Assembly (NCBI GenBank): GCA_019828565.1
Contig: JAHDYR010000007.1
Span: forward strand, 541,233 to 605,232
Direction of reading: 5' to 3'
Length of the DNA: 64,000 bases
Source: Carpediemonas membranifera BICM
Lineage: Eukaryota; Protista; Fornicata
The notes below the pieces were generated by a model, which worked only from the letters and a program-made list of their open reading frames with translations, made no database searches and was not told where the DNA came from. Made by a program: the position numbers and the translations under genes. Below are positions 44,770 to 55,348 of this stretch, piece by piece. Position 1 is the first letter of the stretch. Each line of letters begins with the position of its first letter.

Positions 44770-44856
44770 AACCCCGAAAACGCCATAACCGGCACCAGTG
44801 AGCGCATCTTCGTTGATGAAGCTCATTGGTGCTGGTAATATGGCGTTTTCGGGGTT
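44770..44856. other. Long imperfect hairpin 2 (related to hairpin 1)
   Basis: AACCCCGAAAACGCCATA..CCGGCACCAGTGAGC pairs with GCTCATTGGTGCTGG..TATGGCGTTTTCGGGGTT. Confidence 0.8.
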
Positions 44857-44869
44857 CAAATACTGTACT

Positions 44870-45614
44870 CCTCATCCCTGGCGCCCTCATCTTGGCTCCC
44901 TCATCCTGGCGCCTCATCCCTGGCGCCTCATCTTGGCTCCCTCATCCTGGCGCCTCATCCCTGGCGCCTCATCCCTGGCGCCGTCATCCCTGGCGCCTCA
45001 TCCTGGCGCCTCATCCCTGGCGCCTCATCCCTGGCGCCGTCATCCCTGGCGCCTCATCCCTGGCGCCTCATCCCTGGCGCCTCATCCCTGGCGCCTCATC
45101 CCTGGCGCCTCATCCCTGGCGCCTCATCTCTGGCGCCTCATCCCTGGCGCCTCATCCCTGGCGCCTCATCCCTGGCGCCCTCATCCTGGCGCCTCATCCC
45201 TGGCGCCTCATCCTGGCGCCTCATCCCTGGCGCCTCATCCCTGGCGCCTCATCCCTGGCGCCTCATCCCTGGCGCCTCATCCCTGGCGCCTCATCCCTGG
45301 CGCCTCATCCCTGGCGCCTCATCCCTGGCGCCTCATCCCTGGCGCCTCATCCCTGGCGCCTCATCCCTGGCGCTCATCCCTGGCGCCTCATCCCTGGCGC
45401 CTCATCCCTGGCGCCTCATCCCTGGCGCCTCATCCCTGGCGCCTCATCCCTGGCGCCTCATCCCTGGCGCCTCATCCCTGGCGCCGTCATCCCTGGCGCC
45501 CTCATCCCTGGCGCCTCATCCTGGCGCCCTCATCCCTGGCGCCTCATCCCTGGCGCCTCATCCTGGCGCCCTCATCCCTGGCGCCTCATCCCTGGCGCCG
45601 TCATCCCTGGCGCC
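44870..45614 (+). repeat. 14-bp minisatellite (CCTCATCCCTGGCG)n, ~50 copies
   Basis: Direct reading; the ORFs over it are artefacts of the repeat. Confidence 0.95.
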
Positions 45615-46120
45615 CACACAGCACCCCTACGCCAGCGCCATCAATCCCCAACGGCACAGTAAACAGAAAATGCACTTTATGCTCTTACACCATGGCGTTT
45701 GGAGACGAAAACGAACACCCATGGTACCTGCAGGTAAGGTAAGTTAAGGTAATTTCCGGTGATCGCGTTCGTTGCAAGTAATCACCATCATTGATCGCAA
45801 CAGGCCGGGCACGGAGGCAGGCCCAAGTGATCCAGGGGCTGGTCGATCTTGCAGATCATGCCACAACACTGCATCTAGTCCCATCTAGTCCCAATTCACG
45901 CGTGTATATACGCTACAGAGGACCGTATCTGGCCTTAGGAAACGGCTATGGGGTGCAGGTGGTTAATCCTTAAAGTGCGTTGCATCGATGCAACAAGCAA
46001 CTACCTCAAACGTGCGAGCTACCATCGATTTCTTGCCATCAACACGACACATTGAAGTCAGATAACTATGCGGTCAGCAATGAGCACACTAAACAACATC
46101 ACTGTGCCAAAATACATCTT

Positions 46121-46270
46121 TGGACATCAGGCATGCCACAGAACATGTAAGCAACATCAAACCCGCCTAATTCCAGCTCATTTAGTCAATAAACACATCA
46201 TCACATTCCAATATCTCCTCATGATGCGCCAGATGGCAAGTGACTCTGGCCTGCTCCTCCGGTGAATGAC
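46121..46270 (+). repeat. 150-bp direct repeat, copy 2
   Basis: Identical to 43622-43771. Confidence 0.9.
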
Positions 46271-46385
46271 GATCGACAACGACAATCTTAGCCCGCAAGT
46301 GACCTAATTGATGTGGTATCCCGCTGTACGTCCAAATGTCTGCTGCAGGTCATGAACCGCTGGCTACACGGGCATATCCAAATCT

Positions 46386-46642
46386 TTATTCAATCTCAAC
46401 GACCTCGCACTTCTTCTGGTACAGCGTGGCGTGAGCCGGATCGCCTTCGATGACAATAGCGAAATTATCTGTCAACCCCCACAAGTCTGCATCGGGTGCA
46501 AGCATGGTGGTGCCATCAAACAGGTATAAGATGGCGGAGATGCCTTGCATGCCGTTGTATCCGTCGTATGACTGGACAACAAGGATGTTCCGCTTCTGTT
46601 TCCTCGCCCAGACTCGGATGGCGTTCGAGTCGGAGTCCGGAT
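46386..46642 (-). pseudogene. 3' end of an unknown ORF interrupted by the retroelement array
   Basis: Open frame NPDSDSNAIRVWARKQKRNILVVQSYDG...IVIEGDPAHATLYQKKCEVVEIE* begins at the element junction. Confidence 0.5.
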
Positions 46643-49600
46643 TGTCATGACGACCTCATTTAATGATCAGTCTTATTTGGTCAATGATCTCAAACCTGCT
46701 TCTAAATTTCACTCTCTCAATTGTTTGGGTACCACAGTAATTACTGCATGCATTTACCTGAAACAAAACTCAACAACGCCCCGTTCCTGCGAAAGGCCAC
46801 CACCAAGTCGTGGTATACTTTCCGTCAAGACTACGAGCAGTATGCTGCCCGTGAAGCCGATCCGATCGTTGCCTTTGACCTAATCGAAACGCAGGTCCTA
46901 GAGGTTCTTAAGATCCGAATCCCTGAACTTGAGGGGTTCCTTGAGTACGCTAATGAAACGCCGGATGAAGAGCCGGCCGATACCTCTGAACTCAACGAGG
47001 CCTTTATCACCATGGTAGACGAGCTGATGCAGCCTCTGGATGAGGTGGACGCTTTAGATCGCTTTAAGGACTTGTCGTGCGGCTCTGAGGGTAACCTCAT
47101 TGACAACATGGCCGCGTATGCCCTGGCGTATAAGCGTCAAGTTCGTAACTGTTGTAAGGTTCGGCCCACGGAGAAGCTCATCGTCGATGCCTTTGTTGCT
47201 GGCATCAGGTACGGTCGCTTGAAGGAGCGAGTGAATGCTAAGAAGGCGAAGACGCTTGACGAGACGATCGCCGAGGCATTCATCCAGGCCACGGAAGCAG
47301 AGAAGGCTCGCAGAGAGCACCAGCGTGTGGAGCGAGAGAGTGCGACCTCCGCAACGATGACTAAGGCTAAGGAGAAGTCGGAAACTGCTTGTGAGTACTG
47401 CCAGCGCAAGGGTCACACTGCTGATACGTGTTGGAAGCGTAAGCGTGACGAGCGTGAGGGAGTAAAGGGGCAGAAGTACGTTCATCTTAATGCTTTGTCG
47501 CGGAGGACCGCGACAACAGACCCATTGGCGAGGTGGGCATCCTGGGGAGAGTGTTGGCGTTCCTTTATGACACAGGGGCCTCTGCCGACTTTATATCCCA
47601 ATCCCTCGTCAAAGAGCTCGGCCTAGTCGTCGAGCCCGACCATGCTAAGGTTAAGCTGGCCACTGGTACGATTTACAACTCACCCGGCATTGTTAAGTTG
47701 AGTGCAGATTTTGGAGTGTTGCCATCTACTGGGCGGAGAACTCAAGCTGCTCTCAATTTGCGGGTGCTACCCGGGCTGAAGCCGACATTAGTTATGGGAA
47801 TATCGACATTAAGTGCGTTGGGGCTAATCACGATCGTCAAGCCGACGATGGAGAATTCTGGAGAGCCACACTTCGCGGAGCTTGATGAAGATGAAGTAGA
47901 CGAGACGTTATTTACCCTTGCTGAAGCGGAGCACGAACTACAGATACGTAGCTTCCCTGAAGAGACTAATACCATCCTAAGCAAGTACAAAGACGTTCTC
48001 GGCGACATTTCGCAGCCAGCAGACGTTCCACCCTTCGAACTGGTTCTTACAAACCAGAAGGTTATCAACATCCCTCCATACCACGTCTCGGCTGAAGAAA
48101 GAGAGGATATGCAGCGCCAGACGGCGCAGCTGGAGGATCTGAATGTGATTGAGGAGTCTACGAGCAACTATAACAATCCTACGGTGCTTGTATGGAAGCG
48201 CGATCGCACCCGCAGGCTCTGCTTGGACTTTCGGCGCCTTAACGACGCGACGGAGGACTTCGATCACGACCTCCCTATCATTGACGATCTGGTAGCAAGA
48301 CTAGAGGGTAAGACCCTCTTCGCTAAGCTGGACCTAAGCAAGGCCTTTCACCAGATTCCTATGACCAAGAGCTCACGCAGACTAACGGCGTTTACAGTTG
48401 GGAAGCGTAAGTACCAGTACAAGCGTTTAGCTTTCGGACTCAAAGGGGCCGCAGCCTTCTGTCAGAAGACCCTCGAATCCGTACTGGGCGATGCACTGTG
48501 GACACGGTGTCTCGCATATGTAGACGACATAGTAATATTCGGAGAGAACCAGAGAGAGTACCTCGACAATCTGGACTATGTCTTGAGAAAGCTCAACTCG
48601 GCCAAGTTGAAGCTGAATCTGTCCAAGTCTGAGTTCGGACTGACAGAAATAGAATACTTGGGCTGGCTTGTGAATGGCGACGGCAAGCGAATCGCGCCTG
48701 ACCGCCTAGAAGGCATCGACCGCCTAACCAGCCCGAGAGATGTTGCCGGAGTCAGAACCTTACTCGGGTTCACGAACTATTTTAGCCATATGATTCCGAA
48801 CTACGGCAATATGATGGAGCCAGTCCTGGCTCTGACGAGAGCCAAGGAAGAGTTCCGTTGGGAGAAGGCCCAACAAGATGCCCTAGTCGACATCAAAGCG
48901 ACCCTATCTCAGAACAACATGTTAAGTCACCCCAAGCGTGGCTGCCAATTAATCCTACAAACCGACGCGAGTGACTACGCTGTCGGGGCAGTTTTGTTAC
49001 AGATCGAAGACGGGGAGGAGCGTCCGATTGCTTTCTATTCCAAGACACTATCGGATGTTCAAAGAAGGTGGAGCACCTATGAAAAGGAAGGCTTCGGCAT
49101 TTATTACGCTATGATCAAGGCCGAGCGGTTCCTAGTAGGCAGGCCGTTTACTGTGAGAACGGACCACCGGAATTTGCTGTATATCGCGACAAGCACGAAC
49201 GCTAAGGTAACTAGATGGCGCATGGCACTGGAAAGGTTCGACTATTCCGTCGTACACGTGCCTGGTCAAGCGAACGGTGCTGCCGACGCGCTATCTCGCC
49301 TATGCGGTGCAACAGTCGAGGCAGATGATCACGCCACGTGGATCTCCGAGGTTCACGGAGGCATACACGGCCATCTCGGAGCGAGAGCGACGGTGAACAA
49401 GCTTATATCGCTCGGTAGGAGGTGGAGGGGCATGTATAAGGACGCAGAGGAGTTTGTCCAGTCGTGTCCTGTGTGCCAGGTCACGCGCAAGACGGCCAAG
49501 CCCGTCCAACACTTGTGCCACCGTACGGCAGGTCGCCTGCCGTTTGATGTCGTGCAGGTAGACACGATCGGACCCATCGCGGAGAGCGAGGGTCTGCGGT

Positions 49601-50913
49601 ACGTGTGCGTGTTAATTGACACGTACTCGAAGCTAACTATGCTGGTCCCCACGCGTTCGACGGACGCAGATGCCGCGGCAGGGGCAATTTTGGCCTGGGT
49701 GGGTCACTACGGAATTCCCCGGGTGATTCACAGCGACGGGGGCAGCCAGTATAGAAATAAGCTGATTGACGCTCTAATGGAAAGGCTCGGGTCGCAACAT
49801 CACGTCGGCACGCCTTACCGCCCGGGTTCTCAAGGAATAGTTGAGAGGGTCAACGCCGAGGTTAAGAGGCATCTAGAGACGCTAATGCTCGATCTGCAGG
49901 AGTTTAGATGGACGCGGCTACTACCTTTGGCTCAGTACATCATTAATTCAACATCTGTGGCCAGGACAGGCCTATCGCCACTGAATTTGCTTTATAACCA
50001 AGACGTGGTCGTAAGACCAGAAGAGATCATGAGCAATGAGAGCAAGATGCCATTTGAGGCCTTCAAGCGCAGCCTGGAACTACAGAGAGTCATCCAAGAC
50101 CAGGCGCTGCAACAACAAACACCATCAGAAGCATCACACGTGGCCCTATCGAACAAGCCAGTGCTGGTAACGACCACTGTCGGCCGCCGCACGAAGCTGG
50201 CTGGGCCAATGTGGTGCCAGGGACCCGCAGAGTCGCCGAACGTTTACTACGTGGAGAACCTGACGACAGGCGTAGTGGCTAAGGTCCATGCCGAGCGTCT
50301 AAGACATTTTGAGTCTGACGCGACAAGGGCTGAGTTGACACGGCTCGCGGCCCAGAGAGTTGACGAATATGTCGTAGAAGCGATCGACTCTCACAAATTT
50401 GAGGACGGCGTCCTTCACCTACATGTGCTGTGGGAGGGGTACCTCGAGGAAGAGGCGACATGGGAACGCTTCAACGCCGACCTTGATGAACTTAGGGCGT
50501 TTGAGGAGTACCTCGCAGACAAACCGAGTTTGCGCAGAAAACTCCGAGGTCAAAGGAAATTAGCTTCCTATAGGCAGCGCTAATAACCAACGGCTCATCA
50601 AAAAGCCATTTTGGGGTTTTGCCCAGTTGGTGACCGCAGCCTAGGGGGGGAAGAGCAGAACGTTGGAATCTAGTTACTGATATTGGTTATTTCTTATGTT
50701 CTACACCATTCTGTCCGCTATTTGTTCGTTTAGAACAGCGTTCTTCAGACTATTGTGCTCAATTGCGTTTTTGACTTCACTGGAGTCGGTCTGGCGGGTT
50801 TTGCATTTCGCCGGACTTGTGTGGTACCCAAACAATTGAGAGAGTGAAATTTAGAAGCAGGTTTGAGATCATTGACCAAATAAGACTGATCATTAAATGA
50901 GGTCGTCATGACA
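46643..50913 (+). mobile_element. Ty3/Gypsy chromodomain element, family 2, unit 1, bounded by 94-bp inverted repeats
   Basis: X = 46643-46736 (TGTCATGACG...GGTACCACA); reverse complement of X at 50820-50913; gag-pol lies between. Confidence 0.93.
46748..50583 (+). CDS. Family 2 gag-pol polyprotein (consensus probably one ORF of ~1280 aa; unit 1 lacks one G near 47496)
   Basis: CCHC knuckle CEYCQRKGHTADTC, protease LYDTGAS, RT YVDD, RNase H TDASD..TDH..ADALSR, integrase HHCC plus DDE, chromodomain EYVVEAIDSH..LWEGYLEEEATWE. Confidence 0.92.
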
Positions 50914-50991
50914 CTTCCCCCCATGATCCCAAACCGTCCACAAGCTCAAACGTGCCTCCCAACCGTCAGCAAAAATTCTAACGGTTCAAGT

Positions 50992-53900
50992 TGTCATGAC
51001 GACCTCATTTAATGATCAGTCTTATTTGGTCAATGATCTCAAACCTGCTTCTAAATTTCACTCTCTCAATTGTTTGGGTACCACAGTAATTACTGCATGC
51101 ATTTACCTGAAACAAAAACTCAACAACGCCCCGTTCCTGCGAAAGGCCACCACCAAGTCGTGGTATACTTTCCGTCAAGACTACGAGCAGTATGCTGCCC
51201 GTGAAGCCGATCCGATCGTTGCCTTTGACCTAATCGAAACGCAGGTCCTAGAGGTTCTTAAGATCCGAATCCCTGAACTTGAGGGGTTCCTTGAGTACGC
51301 TAATGAAACGCCGGATGAAGAGCCGGCCGATACCTCTGAACTCAACGAGGCCTTTATCACCATGGTAGACGAGCTGATGCAGCCTCTGGATGAGGTGGAC
51401 GCTTTAGATCGCTTTAAGGACTTGTCGTGCGGCTCTGAGGGTAACCTCATTGACAACATGGCCGCGTATGCCCTGGCGTATAAGCGTCAAGTTCGTAACT
51501 GTTGTAAGGTTCGGCCCACGGAGAAGCTCATCGTCGATGCCTTTGTTGCTGGCATCAGGTACGGTCGCTTGAAGGAGCGAGTGAATGCTAAGAAGGCGAA
51601 GACGCTTGACGAGACGATCGCCGAGGCATTCATCCAGGCCACGGAAGCAGAGAAGGCTCGCAGAGAGCACCAGCGTGTGGAGCGAGAGAGTGCGACCTCC
51701 GCAACGATGACTAAGGCTAAGGAGAAGTCGGAAACTGCTTGTGAGTACTGCCAGCGCAAGGGTCACACTGCTGATACGTGTTGGAAGCGTAAGCGTGACG
51801 AGCGTGAGGGAGTAAAGGGGCAGAAGTACGTTCATCTTAATGCTTTGGTCGCGGAGGACCGCGACAACAGACCCATTGGCGAGGTGGGCATCCTGGGGAG
51901 AGTGTTGGCGTTCCTTTATGACACAGGGGCCTCTGCCGACTTTATATCCCAATCCCTCGTCAAAGAGCTCGGCCTAGTCGTCGAGCCCGACCATGCTAAG
52001 GTTAAGCTGGCCACTGGTACGATTTACAACTCACCCGGCATTGTTAAGTTGAGTGCAGATTTTTGGAGTGTTGCCATCTACTGGGCGGAGAACTCAAGCT
52101 GCTCTCAATTTGCGGGTGCTACCCGGGCTGAAGCCGACATTAGTTATGGGAATATCGACATTAAGTGCGTTGGGGCTAATCACGATCGTCAAGCCGACGA
52201 TGGAGAATTCTGGAGAGCCACACTTCGCGGAGCTTGATGAAGATGAAGTAGACGAGACGTTATTTACCCTTGCTGAAGCGGAGCACGAACTACAGATACG
52301 TAGCTTCCCTGAAGAGACTAATACCATCCTAAGCAAGTACAAAGACGTTCTCGGCGACATTTCGCAGCCAGCAGACGTTCCACCCTTCGAACTGGTTCTT
52401 ACAAACCAGAAGGTTATCAACATCCCTCCATACCACGTCTCGGCTGAAGAAAGAGAGGATATGCAGCGCCAGACGGCGCAGCTGGAGGATCTGAATGTGA
52501 TTGAGGAGTCTACGAGCAACTATAACAATCCTACGGTGCTTGTATGGAAGCGCGATCGCACCCGCAGGCTCTGCTTGGACTTTCGGCGCCTTAACGACGC
52601 GACGGAGGACTTCGATCACGACCTCCCTATCATTGACGATCTGGTAGCAAGACTAGAGGGTAAGACCCTCTTCGCTAAGCTGGACCTAAGCAAGGCCTTT
52701 CACCAGATTCCTATGACCAAGAGCTCACGCAGACTAACGGCGTTTACAGTTGGGAAGCGTAAGTACCAGTACAAGCGTTTAGCTTTCGGACTCAAAGGGG
52801 CCGCAGCCTTCTGTCAGAAGACCCTCGAATCCGTACTAGGCGATGCACTGTGGACACGGTGTCTCGCATATGTAGACGACATAGTAATATTCGGAGAGAA
52901 CCAGAGAGAGTACCTCGACAATCTGGACTATGTCTTGAGAAAGCTCAACTCGGCCAAGTTGAAGCTGAATCTGTCCAAGTCTGAGTTCGGACTGACAGAA
53001 ATAGAATACTTGGGCTGGCTTGTGAATGGCGACGGCAAGCGAATCGCGCCTGACCGCCTAGAAGGCATCGACCGCCTAACCAGCCCGAGAGATGTTGCCG
53101 GAGTCAGAACCTTACTCGGGTTCACGAACTATTTTTAGCCATATGATTCCGAACTACGGCAATATGATGGAGCCAGTCCTGGCTCTGACGAGAGCCAAGG
53201 AAGAGTTCCGTTGGGAGAAGGCCCAACAAGATGCCCTAGTCGACATCAAAGCGACCCTATCTCAGAACAACATGTTAAGTCACCCCAAGCGTGGCTGCCA
53301 ATTAATCCTACAAACCGACGCGAGTGACTACGCTGTCGGGGCAGTTTTGTTACAGATCGAAGACGGGGAGGAGCGTCCGATTGCTTTCTATTCCAAGACA
53401 CTATCGGATGTTCAAAGAAGGTGGAGCACCTATGAAAAGGAAGGCTTCGGCATTTATTACGCTATGATCAAGGCCGAGCGGTTCCTAGTAGGCAGGCCGT
53501 TTACTGTGAGAACGGACCACCGGAATTTGCTGTATATCGCGACAAGCACGAACGCTAAGGTAACTAGATGGCGCATGGCACTGGAAAGGTTCGACTATTC
53601 CGTCGTACACGTGCCTGGTCAAGCGAACGGTGCTGCCGACGCGCTATCTCGCCTATGCGGTGCAACAGTCGAGGCAGATGATCACGCCACGTGGATCTCC
53701 GAGGTTCACGGAGGCATACACGGCCATCTCGGAGCGAGAGCGACGGTGAACAAGCTTATATCGCTCGGTAGGAGGTGGAGGGGCATGTATAAGGACGCAG
53801 AGGAGTTTGTCCAGTCGTGTCCTGTGTGCCAGGTCACGCGCAAGACGGCCAAGCCCGTCCAACACTTGTGCCACCGTACGGCAGGTCGCCTGCCGTTTGA

Positions 53901-55268
53901 TGTCGTGCAGGTAGACACGATCGGACCCATCGCGGAGAGCGAGGGTCTGCGGTACGTGTGCGTGTTAATTGACACGTACTCGAAGCTAACTATGCTGGTC
54001 CCCACGCGTTCGACGGACGCAGATGCCGCGGCAGGGGCAATTTTGGCCTGGGTGGGTCACTACGGAATTCCCCGGGTGATTCACAGCGACGGGGCAGCCA
54101 GTATAGAAATAAGCTGATTGACGCTCTAATGGAAAGGCTCGGGTCGCAACATCACGTCGGCACGCCTTACCGCCCGGGTTCTCAAGGAATAGTTGAGAGG
54201 GTCAACGCCGAGGTTAAGAGGCATCTAGAGACGCTAATGCTCGATCTGCAGGAGTTTAGATGGACGCGGCTACTACCTTTGGCTCAGTACATCATTAATT
54301 CAACATCTGTGGCCAGGACAGGCCTATCGCCACTGAATTTGCTTTATAACCAAGACGTGGTCGTAAGACCAGAAGAGATCATGAGCAATGAGAGCAAGAT
54401 GCCATTTGAGGCCTTCAAGCGCAGCCTGGAACTACAGAGAGTCATCCAAGACCAGGCGCTGCAACAACAAACACCATCAGAAGCATCACACGTGGCCCTA
54501 TCGAACAAGCCAGTGCTGGTAACGACCACTGTCGGCCGCCGCACGAAGCTGGCTGGGCCAATGTGGTGCCAGGGACCCGCAGAGTCGCCGAACGTTTACT
54601 ACGTGGAGAACCTGACGACAGGCGTAGTGGCTAAGGTCCATGCCGAGCGTCTAAGACATTTTGAGTCTGACGCGACAAGGGCTGAGTTGACACGGCTCGC
54701 GGCCCAGAGAGTTGACGAATATGTCGTAGAAGCGATCGACTCTCACAAATTTGAGGACGGCGTCCTTCACCTACATGTGCTGTGGGAGGGGTACCTCGAG
54801 GAAGAGGCGACATGGGAACGCTTCAACGCCGACCTTGATGAACTTAGGGCGTTTGAGGAGTACCTCGCAGACAAACCGAGTTTGCGCAGAAAAACTCCGA
54901 GGTCAAAGGAAATTAGCTTCCTATAGGCAGCGCTAATAACCAACGGCTCATCAAAAAGCCATTTTTGGGGTTTTGCCCAGTTGGTGACCGCAGCCTAGGG
55001 GGAAGAGCAGAACGTTGGAATCTAGTTACTGATATTGGTTATTTCTTATGTTCTACACCATTCTGTCCGCTATTTGTTCGTTTAGAACAGCGTTCTTCAG
55101 ACTATTGTGCTCAATTGCGTTTTTTTGACTTCACTGGAGTCGGTCTGGCGGGTTTTTGCATTTCGCCGGACTTGTGTGGTACCCAAACAATTGAGAGAGT
55201 GAAATTTAGAAGCAGGTTTGAGATCATTGACCAAATAAGACTGATCATTAAATGAGGTCGTCATGACA
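50992..55268 (+). mobile_element. Family 2, unit 2
   Basis: Near-identical to unit 1 after a 78-bp spacer (50914-50991); homopolymer indels break the ORF. Confidence 0.92.
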
Positions 55269-55348
55269 CTTCCCCCATGATCCCAAAACCGTCCACAAGC
55301 TCAAACGTGCCTCCCAACCGTCAGCAAAAAAATTCTAACGGTTCAAGT

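Noticed and set aside
44870-45614. CRISPR array or telomere
   Set aside because: No spacers and a eukaryotic context; the unit is not a recognised telomeric repeat.
44798-45742. 314-aa and 278-aa repetitive ORFs, and 44213-44542
   Set aside because: Translations of stop-free minisatellites.
46643-50913. DIRS-type retrotransposon
   Set aside because: Encodes a DDE integrase and aspartic protease, with no tyrosine recombinase.
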